A DNA stretch of 64,000 nt from an uncultured Gemmatimonadaceae bacterium (GCA_963716745.1 OY970320.1:3168001-3232000); one strand, 5' to 3'. Shown: positions 1-12,269, counted from the first letter of the stretch. The notes: a model not told the origin generated them from the letters alone. Made by a program: numbers and translations.

Positions 1-718
1 ATGTCCACTGGATAGCCGCTGATGCGCGACGACAATCCGTGCTGCGACACGTTGTCGATCGCGAGATCCAGCTGCGCCGGCAAGTCGCACATCGTGACGG
101 CGACATTGGGCGAATGGGCCGCGCACGCCAGCGCCCACTTTCCGGTATTCGCCCCCACGTCGAGCAGCCGTTGCACCGGCCGCTCGAATACCAGCGGCAG
201 CGCCTCCTCGAATGCCTGCGTCGAACAGAAGTGCTCGAACGCGAACCAGCTGCGGCGCACCGGCTCCGGCAGCGTCGCGAGCGCCGCGTACACGGTCGCA
301 TGATCTCCGTCGAGCTCGCGCAATCCCACCGGCGTGCCCTGCGTGATCGCTTCCGTCAGGTGATATAGCCCCTTGTAGTTGACATCGTGAACGAAATCCA
401 TGTTCACGCGAGTCATCCTGTCGTGCAGCACGAACTGCGCCGTGCGCGTGGTGCTGTACCGCCCATCGTTCACGATGAGCAGGCCGATCCCGAGACCCGC
501 CTCGAGGAGCACGCGCACGCCGTACGGCGGGAGCCGCAAGTTGCGCAGACGATCTCCTCCTGCGTGGCGCCGGCCCGCCTGCGCGTCGACGGCCTCGAGG
601 ATGCCGAGATCGCGCAGCGCCTGCGACGCCTGGAACACGATCGGCGCGAACGCGATGTGCTGCGCCGCCGCGTGATCGACTCCGCCGCCGATCGCGTGTC
701 CTTCTCGAAGAAGCGCAT
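1..718 (-). CDS. Class I SAM-dependent methyltransferase of APE clusters; 3' end runs off the window; frameshifted
   Basis: Manual minus-strand translation: MRFFEKDTRSAAESIT..AQHIAFAPIVFQASQALRDLGIL.., then motif I LLDVGANTGKW and DLPAQL. Not in the ORF track because it is truncated at the window edge. Confidence 0.85.
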
Positions 719-721
719 CCG

Positions 722-1960
722 CGCTCGTAGCGCTTGAAGATCAGCGACGTGTTGATGCCGCCGAACGCGAAGTTGTTGCTCATCACGTGCTCGCACTCGA
801 TGCGGCGGCCCGTCGCCGACAACGATAGTCGAGCGCGGCGCACTCGGGATCGACGTTCTCGAGGTTGATCGTTCGGCGCGAACCAGCCGTCGCGCATCAT
901 CTCGATGCTCATCCACGCCTCCAGCGCGCCGCACGCGCCGAGCGTGTGCCCCATGTAGCTCTTCAGCGTGCTGACCGGCGTCCGCCCGCCGAACACGGCG
1001 CATGTCGCCACGCTCTCGGCGACATCGCCCTGATCGGTCGCGGTGCCGTGCGCGTTCACGTAGCCGATCGCCTCCGGCGGCAGCTCGCGCGTCGTCGAGC
1101 GCGAGCTCCATCGCCGCCTGCATCGTTTCTGCGTTCGGGGAGGTGACGTGGCTGCCGTCGCAGTTCGTGCCGAACCCCACGATCTCCGCGTGAATCCGCG
1201 CGCCGCGCGCGAGCGCGTGCTCGAGATCCTCGAGAATCAGCGTGCCCGCGCCCTCGCCAAGCACGAGACCGTCGCGGTCGCGCGTCGAACGGCCGCGGCG
1301 TGGTCGCCGGCGCGTCGTTCCGTCCGCTCGTGGCGAAGAGCGTGTCGAAGATCGCCGACCTCGCGCGCGTCGAGCTCCTCCGCGCCGCCGGCGACCATCA
1401 CGGTCTGACTTGCCGCTTCCTTGATCGTCTCGTACGCATAGCCGATCCCCTGGCTTCCCGACGTGCACGCGCTGCGACGTGGGGATGATGCGGCCCGTGA
1501 TGCCGAAGAAGCACGCCGATGTTCACCGCCGCCGTGTGGCTCATCATCTTGAGATACGTGGTGGCGCTGATCGCCGTCCCCGTTCTTGTCCTAGAGCATG
1601 CGCGTGAAGTCGCCGAGCGCCGATCGGCGATCCCGACGACGATCCGTACGCGATCCCCGTGCGGCCGCTCGTCAGGACCGGGTCGCCGAGCAGCCCGGCG
1701 TCGGCGAGCGCCCACTCGGTGGCGAGCGTCGCCATGAGCGCCACGCGCCCCATGCTGCGCGTGAGTCTTGCGCTTGAAGTGCGGCGGCAGATCGAACGCG
1801 GCGACGCGGCGCGCCAAGGCGCGCGTTCAGCCCCTCGTACTGCGTCCCATTCCTTCATGTATGCGACCGCGTTGCGAAGCTCTCGAGCTGGCGCGCACGG
1901 TGGGCCAGTCGTGGCCGAGCGGGCTGATGCCCGCCATGCCGGTGACGACGACGCGCCGGC

Positions 1961-1964
<4 letters not shown>
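722..1964 (-). CDS. Beta-ketoacyl-ACP synthase (FabF/ApeR-like), multiple frameshifts
   Basis: Pieces across frames: RRVVVTGMAGISPLG, YLKMMSHTAAVNIG, RDGLVLGEGAGTLILE, HGTAT, KSYMGH, NNFAFGGINTSL. Confidence 0.88.
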
Positions 1965-2689
<725 letters not shown>

Positions 2690-2700
<11 letters not shown>

Positions 2701-3139
2701 CTCCCGCGAGGAGCGTTTCGATCGCAGCTCCGTGATAGATGCTGATCGTCGCCGAGGCGTTCACGCCTTCGCCGGTGATCCGGCATTCGAACACGGAGAG
2801 CTCCGCATCGCGAGGCGCGGAACGCCGCGCCGTCACGCGCAGCACGCAGCCCAGCGGAAAACACGGCCGATCGCACGCGTAGCGACGCGTCCCGAGCAGT
2901 ACGCCCGAACGCACGGCGCCGCCTGCCGCCGCGCCTCCAGTCCGGCGAGCGCGGCGACCGCCTGCGCCATGTATTCGAGCCCGACCCACGCGCCGACGCC
3001 GCCACTCTCACGCGTACCGCGCGTCGTCGCGAACAGTGACCTCGGCGGTGAGCTCGTCCGCGTCCGCCGTGAGCAGCCGGTCGAGCAGCACGCTCCGGCC
3101 CGAGTGGGGGAGGAGCGTCCGAATGTCGGCTGTGCTCAT
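2690..3139 (-). CDS. Hotdog-fold 3-hydroxyacyl-ACP dehydratase subunit (ApeP-like), frameshifted
   Basis: MSTADIRTLLPHSGRSVLLD.., WVGLEYMAQAVAA, GVLLGTRRY; lies between KS and FabG as in APE clusters. Confidence 0.8.
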
Positions 3140-3143
3140 CGCG

Positions 3144-4329
3144 CTACTCACGTCCCAGGAGCAGCACCGCGTTCGCGCCGCCGAACGCGAAGGAATTCGA
3201 TAGCGTGAAGCGCGGCGGGTGGCCGAGCGTCTCGCCCGGCGCGACCGGGCGCAGCACCGGCAGTGCCGGATCGGCGACGCCATCCCAGAGATGCGGCGGG
3301 AGCCTCCCGGCGCGATTCTCGTCTTGCATCGTGAGCCAGCAGAAGGCCGCCTCGAGCGCGCCCGCCGCGCCGAGCGCGTGTCCGCTGAGTGGCTTCGTGG
3401 AACTCATCAGGATCGCATCGCCGAGCGTGGCGTGGATGCTCATGCTCTCGGCGGCGTCGTTCTGCGGCGTGCCCGTGCCATGGAGATTGAGATATTCGAT
3501 GTCGCTCGCCGACGCACCGCCTCGAGCGAGCGCTTGCTCGATCGCTTCGCGCGCGCCGAGTCCCTGCGGATCGGGCGCCGAGAAGTGATAGCCGTCGGTC
3601 GTCTCACCCCATCCGCGCAAGCTCACCGTACGCCGGTTCGCGGGTCATGAGGAAGATCGCGGCGGCCTCGCCGAGATTGATGCCGTTGCGATTCGCGGAG
3701 AGCGGATTGCAGCGAGTGGCGCTCACCAATTGCAGCGAGTCGAAGCCGGCGAGCGTGAAGGCGCCGAGCGTGTCCACGCCGCCGGTCACGACGGCGTCAG
3801 CGACGCCGAGCTGGAGCAGGCGCGCGGCGCTCGCGAGCGCCTTCGCGCTCGAGGCGCACGCGCTCGAGATCACGTGCGCGGGTCCCGTGATTCCCAGCGC
3901 ATGCGCGAGCATGCGCGCCGGCGACGCGAGTTCCTGCTGCGCGAGATGGAATCCGGCGGGGAGTCGGCCGTTCGCGAGGAGGCAGCGGATCGCGCCCTCG
4001 CTCTCGCTGATCCCCGAGGTGCTGCTGCCGATGGTCACCGCGACGCGGTGCGCGCCGTAGCGCTCGACGGCGGCGGCCACCGCCGGCGCGATCTGCTCCG
4101 CCGCGGCGGCGGCGAACGCGTTGTTGCGGCTGCGCAGCTCGATCGGCAGCCCATCGAGCGACGGCCGCGGACCATCGTACACGCCGAGCGGCGTCGCGCG
4201 GCCGCGGGAGTGGCGATCGTCCACGACGAGTCCGCTCTCGCCGGCGAAGAGCCGCGCCGCGACGTCATCGGCGCCGGCGCCGAGGGCGCAGACGATGCCG
4301 AGCGCGTTCAGGAACGCGGGGCTCTTCAC
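3144..4329 (-). CDS. Beta-ketoacyl-ACP synthase (ApeO-like), frameshift near 3620
   Basis: Catalytic SSACASS, NLHGTGT, STKPLSGH, SNSFAFGG. Confidence 0.9.
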
Positions 4330-4901
4330 GGCGAATCCACGACGGAATTGATCACGAGGGAATAATCATACTCCGAATTCCGGAGCGTGATGCGCCCCAC
4401 CCACCGCGGCGTGCCGGAGTACGCGATGACCTCCACCTCGCGACCGCTGTTCGTGAGTGTCCGGCGAGTGCCATCGTCGGCGAGCGCCCAACCGGAGGGG
4501 AGTGCCGCGCGGATGGCGTCGATCGGCCAGAGCGCCAGCTGCAGGTCCGTCAGGATGTCCGCGCCCCGGATCTCGGCGGGCAACTTCGCGTGACGCCGCT
4601 CGCACAACGTGCCGTTCGCGAGGGTGAGCGTGAGCACGCGTTGGTCGAATCGCAGCGCGACGAGCGTGAGACTGTCGGGCGCGATGGCGAGCACGGCGTC
4701 GAGGTCCACCGTGTGGCCCGCGGCGGTGATCTGAAGCTGCTGCCGCAGGCCGAGCGAGCGGCCGAAGGTTTTCGGCGCGAGCGCGAGCTGCGAGGCGGCC
4801 GGATGTCGGCGCGGGCGCCGCGCACGGTGCGAGCGCACTCTCGGGAGGCGCCGCACCGGCACAGCCGGCGAGCGCTCCGGCCAGCAGGAGCGCGGTGGCA
4901 C
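4326..4901 (-). CDS. DUF3261-type putative lipoprotein of APE clusters (N-terminus probably frameshifted)
   Basis: ILTDLQLALWPIDAIRAALPSGWAL motif; position upstream of the KS. Confidence 0.7.
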   Translation of the reverse strand: MPPRSCWPERSPAVPVRRLPRVRSHRARRPRRHPAASQLALAPKTFGRSLGLRQQLQITAAGHTVDLDAVLAIAPDSLTLVALRFDQRVLTLTLANGTLCERRHAKLPAEIRGADILTDLQLALWPIDAIRAALPSGWALADDGTRRTLTNSGREVEVIAYSGTPRWVGRITLRNSEYDYSLVINSVVDSP

Positions 4902-4913
4902 GGCCGATGCGGC

Positions 4914-6147
4914 TCAGGTGCAGATCTCCGCGAGCGCGGCGAGCCGCCGCTTTGGCTCTCGCACATACGCATTGCTCTCATCCCACGCATAGCCCGCGAG
5001 GATGGCGCAGATCTTCCGCCGGACCTCCGGCTGCGCTCCCTCGTGGAAGAGGATCCGCTGGAATTCGCCCGCGTACCACGAGTCGACGAACGCGCGAAAG
5101 GTGTCGACGCCCTTCTTGAGCGCGCGAGCATAGTCAGCGTCCCAATCCACCGTCTCGCCCGCGAATTGGCGCGCGAGGCAGCCGGCGGCCAGGCTCGCGG
5201 ACTTGAAGGCGATCGTGACGCCGCTCGAGAAGACGGGATCGAGGAACTCGCCGGCGTTGCCGAGCAGCGCGAAGCCGCGGCCGCAGAGGGCGCTCACGTT
5301 CGAGGCGTAGCCGGTGATGTGCCTGGCGGGCGTGTCCCAGATGGCGCGTTCGAGCAGCGCGCGCGACGCCGGATCCTCGAAGAGCAGTTCGCGCAGGCCG
5401 GTCCGTGTCATCGCCGGCATAGCGCGCCAGGAATTCCTGCGAGGCGACGACGCCAATCGACGAGCGGCCGTTGGAGAACGGGATGAGCCAGTACCAGACG
5501 TCCGCATGGATCGGATGCACGATGATCCGGATCTTGTCGCGGTCGAAGGCATCTCGAGCGATCCCGTCTTCGATATGCGTGAAGATCGCGCCGCGCACCG
5601 GGAAATCGGAGGGCCGCTCGAGCTTGAGCAGCCGCGGCAGGATGCGTCCGAAGCCGCTCGCATCCAGCAGGAACGCGGCCTCGACGGCGTAGTCCTCGCC
5701 GTCCGGCGAACGCACGCCCACGACGGGCTGCTCTCCCGCGACATCGACGGAAACGACCTCGTGGCGGAAGCGCACCTCGGCACCGAGCCGTTCCGCTTCG
5801 CGCGCGAGCAGATGGTCGAAGGGCGCGCGCTGCACCTGGTAGGTGGTCCCCCAGCCCTCGGAGTGCTTCTCGCGGAAATCGAAGGACGTGATCCGGCCGC
5901 CGCGCGCGAAGACGGCGCCGTTCTTGTGCTGGAATCCCGCCTCGACCACCGCGCGCAGCATGCCTGCCTCCTCGAGATACGTCATGCTCTGCGGGAGCAG
6001 GCTCTCCCCGATGCTGAAGCGGGGGAAGGTCTCGCGCTCGAGGACGAGGACCTGGCGTCCCTGGCGGCGCAGCATGCCGGCGGCCACCGAGCCGGCCGGG
6101 CCCGCGCCGATGATCAGGATCTCCGTGCGTTCGCGGCGCTGGGGCAT
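4914..6147 (-). CDS. FAD-dependent oxidoreductase of the flavin-dependent halogenase family, frameshift near 5405
   Basis: IIGAGPAG, FPRFSIGESLLP, GFQHKNGA, DASGFG, WYWLIP, GNAGEFLDPVFSSGV. Confidence 0.85.
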
Positions 6148-6295
6148 CGGGAGTCGCGGATGTCTCGGTGGACGGCGGAGCGAGATCGCGGAGAGCGGCG
6201 GATCGGGACACCATATTATACACGCTGGATTCCGCGCTTGCGCAGCGCGCGCGCGTGCGTGAATCTCTACTGCGCACCCCCGCACTCAGAGGCGA

Positions 6296-7057
6296 ATGCA
6301 TCGCGTGACCCCCGGCACGGCTCAGGAAGTGCGGTTCTCCATCGCGCGCATCGCCGCGTGGGCGCCGGGCATCGAGTCGCCCGCCGAATGGGACGAGTGG
6401 GCGCGGGGCGAGCGCGTCCCGATCGGCGAGACCGTGCCCGCGCTCCGCCAAATGCCGGCGGCGCTCCGGCGGCACGCCGGTCCGATCGGGCGCCTCGCGT
6501 GCGACGTCGCTTATCGCGCGCTCGACGGCGCTATGGACGTGCCGCTGATCTTCTGTTCGCGCTATGGCGAGGCCGCGCGATCGGTGGAGCTGCTCACGCA
6601 GCTCGCGCACGACGAGGTGCTCTCACCCACGTCGTTCAGCCTCTCGGTGCACAACGCGGCGGCCGGCCTCTTCTCGATCGCGCGCCGCGACTCCGCCAAC
6701 TCGGTCGCGATCGCCGCGGGCGAGGCGTCGGCTGCGCTCGGCGTGATCGAGGCCTGCGGCCTGCTCGCGGAAGGGGCGCCGCGGGTCGGGGTCGTGGCGG
6801 TGGACTGGGTCCTCCCCGAGATCTACCATGCGTTCGAGGAACGGGAGCGCGTGCCCTACGCGTGGGCGGCGCTCATCACGCCGCCCAATGCTGGCCGCGT
6901 GTCGCTGCGATGGGAGCCGGCGACCAGCGAAGAGGCGCCGGCGAACGAAAAGCGGCTGCCGGCCGCGCTCGAAGTACTTCGCTTCCTGTTGCGCGATGAT
7001 GCGGATCTCGTGCACACCGAGGAGAATCTGAAATTCACCTGGAGCCGGCGTGGTTAG
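6296..7057 (+). CDS. Ketosynthase chain-length factor (ApeC-like)
   Basis: FCSRYGE, LSPTSFSLSVHNAAAG; truncated KS N-domain with no recognisable catalytic Cys. Confidence 0.85.
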   Translation: MHRVTPGTAQEVRFSIARIAAWAPGIESPAEWDEWARGERVPIGETVPALRQMPAALRRHAGPIGRLACDVAYRALDGAMDVPLIFCSRYGEAARSVELLTQLAHDEVLSPTSFSLSVHNAAAGLFSIARRDSANSVAIAAGEASAALGVIEACGLLAEGAPRVGVVAVDWVLPEIYHAFEERERVPYAWAALITPPNAGRVSLRWEPATSEEAPANEKRLPAALEVLRFLLRDDADLVHTEENLKFTWSRRG

Positions 7058-7832
7058 CAGGCTCGGCCGCTACTGGCGGGTGGTCGGCACCGGCTTCAGT
7101 TTCTTCGTATTCGGGCTCGCCGGATTGGTGCTCGGATTCCTCGTCTTCCCGATCCTGCGCGTGGCGATCCCGGACGCGCAGCGCCGCCGGGCGATGTCGC
7201 GCGAATTGCTCCGCTGGTGCTTCCGGTGCCATATCGCCGTGATGCGCGGCGTGGGCATCATCCGCTACTCGTTCAGGGGGCTGGAGCGTCTGGACCGGCG
7301 CGGTCTCTTGATCGTGTCCAACCACCCGTCGCTCATCGATGCGGTATTGCTGATGGCCTTCATCCGGAATGCGGATTGTGTTATCAATGCGGCGTTGTTC
7401 GACAACAAGTACACGCGCAGCGCGGTGCGCGCGGCGGGCTATATACCGAATCAGCCGTCTGGATTGCCGTTGGTGGATGCGTGCCTCGCTTCGCTCGACC
7501 GCGGAGGGAATCTCCTCTTCTTCCCTGAGTCGCGGCGGACGACCCCGGGGGAACCGCTCCAACTGACGCGGGGCGCGGCGCAGGTGGCGGTCCGCGGAGG
7601 GCGCGATCTCACGCCGGTGGTCATTCACTGCACGCCGCCGCATCTTACCCGGGGCGCGAAGTGGTGGCGTGTACCGTCGCGTCGCGCACAATATACGATC
7701 AGTGTGCAGGAAGACATCCCGGTGCGTCCGTTCGTGGCGCAGTTCGGCGAGCCGGCGCTATCCGCTCGCGCGCTCACCGACCATTTGCACGATTACTTCT
7801 CCAAGGAACTCCTGTCGCATGCCGTCGCTTGA
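7050..7832 (+). CDS. Lysophospholipid acyltransferase family (ApeD-like)
   Basis: N-terminal TM segment, NHPSLID (HxxxxD), FFPE motif. Confidence 0.88.
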   Translation: MVSRLGRYWRVVGTGFSFFVFGLAGLVLGFLVFPILRVAIPDAQRRRAMSRELLRWCFRCHIAVMRGVGIIRYSFRGLERLDRRGLLIVSNHPSLIDAVLLMAFIRNADCVINAALFDNKYTRSAVRAAGYIPNQPSGLPLVDACLASLDRGGNLLFFPESRRTTPGEPLQLTRGAAQVAVRGGRDLTPVVIHCTPPHLTRGAKWWRVPSRRAQYTISVQEDIPVRPFVAQFGEPALSARALTDHLHDYFSKELLSHAVA

Positions 7833-8085
7833 AGAGGAAGTGAAGCGTTTGATCATTGAGGCGCTGCAATTGGAGGACGTCACCCCCGGCGACATCGACA
7901 CCGATGCGCCGCTCTTCGGCGACGGCTTGGGGCTCGACTCGATCGACGCGCTGGAGCTCGGCGTCGCGATCCGGAAGCGCTATCGGGTAGAGTTCTCCGC
8001 CGAGGCGAACGACACGCGGCGGCACTTCGCGTCGGTGCGCGCGCTCATGGCGCTCATCGAGGGTTCGCGCGGCGCGGCGACGTGA
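7819..8085 (+). CDS. Acyl carrier protein (ApeE-like)
   Basis: PLFGDGLGLDSIDALELG phosphopantetheine motif. Confidence 0.92.
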   Translation: MPSLEEEVKRLIIEALQLEDVTPGDIDTDAPLFGDGLGLDSIDALELGVAIRKRYRVEFSAEANDTRRHFASVRALMALIEGSRGAAT

Positions 8086-8086
8086 G

Positions 8087-8332
8087 ATGACGTCGGACGA
8101 GGCATACGCGATGCTCGTGACCGGCCTCGAGCAGACCTTCGGACTCGACCCGTCGCGGATCACGCGGGAGTCGCGGTTGAGCGAGGATCTCGATCTCGAC
8201 AGCATCGATGCCGTCGATCTCGCCGTGAAGCTGCAAAAGGCGAGTGGCACGCGGATCGCGCCGGACGTCTTCAAGCGCGTGCGAACGGTCGGCGATGTGG
8301 TGGACGCCCTCGCCGCCGCGCCCGTGAGGTAG
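8087..8332 (+). CDS. Acyl carrier protein (ApeF-like)
   Basis: EDLDLDSIDAVDL..FKRVRTVGDVV. Confidence 0.92.
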   Translation: MTSDEAYAMLVTGLEQTFGLDPSRITRESRLSEDLDLDSIDAVDLAVKLQKASGTRIAPDVFKRVRTVGDVVDALAAAPVR

Positions 8333-8338
8333 GCGGCC

Positions 8339-8879
8339 GTGCGTGCCGCGCTCATCATTGCGATCGCGATCCTCTATCCATTCGCGGTCTACGCCGGGTT
8401 GGGAGTGGTCGAACCGCGGATCCTTGGCGGCGGCGCTCGGCGTGGCCGCGGTCGCTCGCTTCGCCTTCGGGAAGGCGGGATTCGTGCGCGGAGTGTCCGT
8501 GGTAGTCTTCGCACTCGCGGTGGTGGTGGTGCTCAGCAACAAAGCGTTCCCCTTGAAGCTGTATCCCGTGGTGGTGAATGCGAGCTTCTTCGCGGTGTTC
8601 GCTTGGAGCCTGTACGCGCCGCCCACCGTGATCGAGCGGATGGTGCGTTTACGCACGCCGGATCTCCCGCCCGCCGCGGTCGCCTATATCAACAAAGTGA
8701 CGGTGGTGTGGTGCGCGTTCTTCATCGTGAACGGCGCGATCGCGTACATCACCGCGCGATACGCGAGTACGGCGATCTGGTCGCTATACAACGGCCTGAT
8801 CGCCTACGGACTCATGGGGCTGCTGTTCGCCGCCGAGTACATGGTGCGCCGCCGGGTGATCCGTCGCGTCCATGCGTGA
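8339..8879 (+). CDS. COG4648-type membrane protein (ApeG-like), frameshift near 8425
   Basis: LYPFAVY, LKLYPVVVNA, VTVVWCAFFIVNG, WSLYNGLIAY. Confidence 0.8.
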
Positions 8880-10569
8880 ATCGCTCCGGCTGCTCTCGCG
8901 CCTGGCGTCGGCGGACGACATGGCGCGCCCGGTCGCGTGGCGTGGACGGATCGCGGTGAACGAAGCGGAGTTCCGCGTGCGGGTGCGATGCTGGATGCGC
9001 GCGTGCGAGCGGTGTCGGGACGGCCCGGTTGCATTGCATCATGGTGATGGCGTGGAGTTCGCGGCGGCGCTGCTGGGCGCGTGGCATAGCGGGCGCGCGG
9101 TGTACCTTGCCGCCGATGATCTTCCGGAAACGCGGCGGAGACTCGCACCTCACGTGACCGCCTTCCTGGGCGAGTGGTCGCACGAGTCGAACGCGGTCGC
9201 AGCTGCCGAGGAGGCCGGCTCCGGAACGTTCGCGGCTCTCGATGCCGGTTTCCTGGGGCTCATCGTGTTCACGTCCGGTTCCACCGGCGATGCGCAGGCC
9301 ATCCCGAAGCGTCTCGCGCAACTCGCTCATGAGGTGGAGACTCTGGAGCGGACGTTCGGCGACGAGATCGGCGACGCGGACTTCGTGGCCACCGTCTCGC
9401 ACCAGCACATTTACGGATTGCTCTACAAGATCCTGTGGCCGATCGCCACGAAGAGGAGCTTCCTCTCGCGAACGATCGAATATCCCGAGGAGCTGGCGGA
9501 GGCGCTGACGGGGCGCCGGTCGGCGGTGGTGTCGAGCCCTGCGCTCCTGCGACGGCTGCCACACGCGATCGATTGGAGCGCCGCGCGCGCCGGAGTTCGG
9601 GCGGTGTTCTCTTCGGGCGGCCCGTTGCCGGCAGAGGCCGCGCACACCACCGAACGGTTGCTCGGCAGGAGACCGATCGAAGTGCTCGGCAGTTCCGAGA
9701 CGGGCGGCATCGCGACGCGGCGACAACGCGAAGGCACCGACGCGCCGTGGAGCGTATTTCCCGGCATCGCGGTGCGCATCGAGGACGGCCGACTCGCGGT
9801 GCGGTCGGCGTATCTGGCCAATGACGATTGGTTCGTCACCGCCGATCTCGCGGCGTTGGATCCAAACGGCACATTCAGACTCGGCGGCCGCGCCGACCGC
9901 ATCGCGAAGGTCGAGGGCAAGCGCGTGTCTCTGGACGGCATCGAGCGGGGGCTCACTGCTTCGCCATGGGTGCGAGAAGCGCGCGTGGTCGCGCTGAACG
10001 CGCCGCGCGAACAGTTGGCGGCGGTGATCGTCCTGAGCGATGAAGGCGCGGCGGCGCTCGCGCGCGATGGGAAGGCCACGCTCTCACACGCACTCCGCGA
10101 ACTGCTCGCTCAGGGAACGGAGCGCGTCGCGCTGCCGCGCCGCTGGCGCTTCGTGGAAGAGTTGCCGATGGACTCGCAGGGCAAGACGACTACCGCCGCG
10201 CTCGCGGCGCTTTTCGCCGACGCGGCGCCGGTGCTGCCGGTGGCAGCGCTCACCTCGCGCTCCGCGGCCGACGCCGTATTCGAGCTTCGCATCCCCGCGG
10301 GCCTCGCACACTTCGACGGGCATTTCGACGGCGCTCCGATCCTGCCCGGCGTCGCGCAGATCCAGTGGGCGATCCATTTCGCGCGCGCGCAATTCGGCGT
10401 CGGGCGTGGCTTCACTCGCATCGAGGCGCTCAAGTTCCAGCGGCCGATCCGGCCGGATTCGGTCGTGCGTCTGTCCCTGCGTTGGAGCGCTGAACGCGCG
10501 TCGCTCGCGTTCGTCTACGATTCGGACACTGGCCGGCATTCGAGCGGGCGGATCATCTTCGCCACATGA
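8872..10569 (+). CDS. AMP-dependent acyl/aryl-ACP ligase with C-terminal hotdog dehydratase (ApeH-ApeI fusion)
   Basis: FTSGSTG, TVSHQHIYG, GSSETGG, GRADRIAK, then FDGHFDGAPILPGVAQ and LKFQRPI. Confidence 0.88.
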   Translation: MRESLRLLSRLASADDMARPVAWRGRIAVNEAEFRVRVRCWMRACERCRDGPVALHHGDGVEFAAALLGAWHSGRAVYLAADDLPETRRRLAPHVTAFLGEWSHESNAVAAAEEAGSGTFAALDAGFLGLIVFTSGSTGDAQAIPKRLAQLAHEVETLERTFGDEIGDADFVATVSHQHIYGLLYKILWPIATKRSFLSRTIEYPEELAEALTGRRSAVVSSPALLRRLPHAIDWSAARAGVRAVFSSGGPLPAEAAHTTERLLGRRPIEVLGSSETGGIATRRQREGTDAPWSVFPGIAVRIEDGRLAVRSAYLANDDWFVTADLAALDPNGTFRLGGRADRIAKVEGKRVSLDGIERGLTASPWVREARVVALNAPREQLAAVIVLSDEGAAALARDGKATLSHALRELLAQGTERVALPRRWRFVEELPMDSQGKTTTAALAALFADAAPVLPVAALTSRSAADAVFELRIPAGLAHFDGHFDGAPILPGVAQIQWAIHFARAQFGVGRGFTRIEALKFQRPIRPDSVVRLSLRWSAERASLAFVYDSDTGRHSSGRIIFAT

Positions 10570-11316
10570 CCGAGATCCGAATCACGGCCGTGATCCCCGT
10601 GTTCGACCACGCGACGACCGTGGGCGACATGGTGCGGAGCGTCGGCGACGCCGGCTTGCATTGCATCGTCGTCGACGACGGCAGCGGCGCCGAGTGTGCG
10701 CGGGCGCTGGATGCGATCGCCGCGGCCGCTGGCGAGCGTGTGACGCTCGTGCGCCGCGCGCAGAACGGAGGGAAGGGAGCGGCAGTGCTCGATGGCCTCG
10801 TGCGGGCGAGAGCGCTCGGCTACACGCACGCACTGCAGATCGATGCCGACGGCCAGCATGACAGCGCGGACATCCCGGCGTTCCTCGCCCTCGCGCGCGA
10901 ACATCCCACCGCGGTGATACTCGGCCGCCCGATCTTCGACGCGTCGATGCCGAGGTATCGGGCGGTCGGGCGGTGGGTGACGCACATCCTCACCTGGGTG
11001 CACACGCTATCGTTCGAGATCCGCGATACGATGTGCGGCTTTCGCGTGTATCCCGTCGAGACCGTACTCGCGCTCGATGCGGCCACGCCGATCGGGCGTC
11101 ACATGGAGTTCGACATCGAACTGCTGATCCGGCTGCATTGGCGCGGATGCGAATTCGTCACGCTCCCGACGAGAGTCCGCTATCCCGGCCGACGGCATCT
11201 CGCACTATCGTATGGGGTGGGACAACCTGCTGGTGATGTTCATGCATCTTCGCCTGTTCCTCGGGATGATCGTTCGCTTGCCGTGGTTGCTCGCCAGGAA
11301 ATGGAGGGCCGCATGA
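10566..11316 (+). CDS. Glycosyltransferase family 2 (ApeJ-like), frameshift near 11190
   Basis: VVDDGS, NGGKG, QIDADGQH, DTMCGFRVYP; the shifted frame gives a conserved-looking tail DGISHYRMGWDN..LLARKWRAA* ending at 11316. Confidence 0.85.
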
Positions 11317-12269
11317 CCGCGCGCGCCCTGCCGAACCATTGGGCGCGCGCGGATGAGCGGACCTTCGCCGCCGGGATTCGATTCCTGCTGTGGGTGTACC
11401 GGCTCTTCGGGCGCACGATGTTCCGTCTCGTGGTGTTCCCGACGGTGGTCTTCTACATCGCGACCAACTCGCGCGCGCGCGCGGCATCGCGTGCGTATCT
11501 CGCCAGAGTGAATCGTACGCTGGGCCGCGCACCTGAGAAGGCGGGTGCGCTGGAAGTCCTCCATCATTTCAGCTCCTATGCGGAGTGCATCATCGACAAG
11601 GTGCGCATCTGGAGCGACACCGTCGACACGTTCCCCGTGGAGTTCCACGGACGCGAAGCTGTCGCGGCCCAGATCGAACTCGGGCGCGGCGGCCTGATCA
11701 TCACGTCGCACCTTGGCAACATCGAGCTCTGTCGCGTGCTTTCGAAGCGGCGCCCGGGGCTTCGCATCACGGTGCTGGTCCATACCAAGCACGCGCGCGT
11801 GTTCAACCAGATGCTCGCCGAGCTGAATCCGGAGAGTGCGCTCAACTTGATGCAGGTGACCGATCTCACGCCGGAGGCCGCGATCCTGATCGGGCAGAAG
11901 GTGGACGCCGGGGAATTCGTCGTCATGGCGGGCGACCGCGTGCCGGTGTCGGCGCATCCGCGCGTCGCATTCGCCGAGCTGCTGGGCGATCGCGCCGCGT
12001 TCCCCGTGGGTCCGTACATTCTGGGGAGCTTGCTCCGCTGCCCGATCTATCTGATGTTCTGCCTCAGGCGCGGGGCGGAGTATCATGTGTACTACGAGCT
12101 CTTCCGCGACCAGATCGACTTGCCGCGACGGGACCGAGACCGTGCGCTCGCGGCGCTCGCGAGCGAGTACGCCGCGCGATTGCAGCACTACTGCCTTGAG
12201 GCGCCGTTCGAATGGTTCAACTTCTATGACTTCTGGGCGGAACCGGAGTCCGGGCGGAACAGTGAGTGA
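11313..12269 (+). CDS. LpxL/LpxP-like acyltransferase of APE clusters
   Basis: HWARADER, SHLGNIE, MAGDRVP, APFEWFNFYDFW. Confidence 0.85.
   Translation: MTARALPNHWARADERTFAAGIRFLLWVYRLFGRTMFRLVVFPTVVFYIATNSRARAASRAYLARVNRTLGRAPEKAGALEVLHHFSSYAECIIDKVRIWSDTVDTFPVEFHGREAVAAQIELGRGGLIITSHLGNIELCRVLSKRRPGLRITVLVHTKHARVFNQMLAELNPESALNLMQVTDLTPEAAILIGQKVDAGEFVVMAGDRVPVSAHPRVAFAELLGDRAAFPVGPYILGSLLRCPIYLMFCLRRGAEYHVYYELFRDQIDLPRRDRDRALAALASEYAARLQHYCLEAPFEWFNFYDFWAEPESGRNSE

Noticed and set aside
10566..12269. 567-aa GT2-acyltransferase fusion in the ORF track
   Set aside because: The conserved GT2 tail lies in another frame and ends at TGA 11316, overlapping ATG 11313; the fusion is best explained by an indel near 11190
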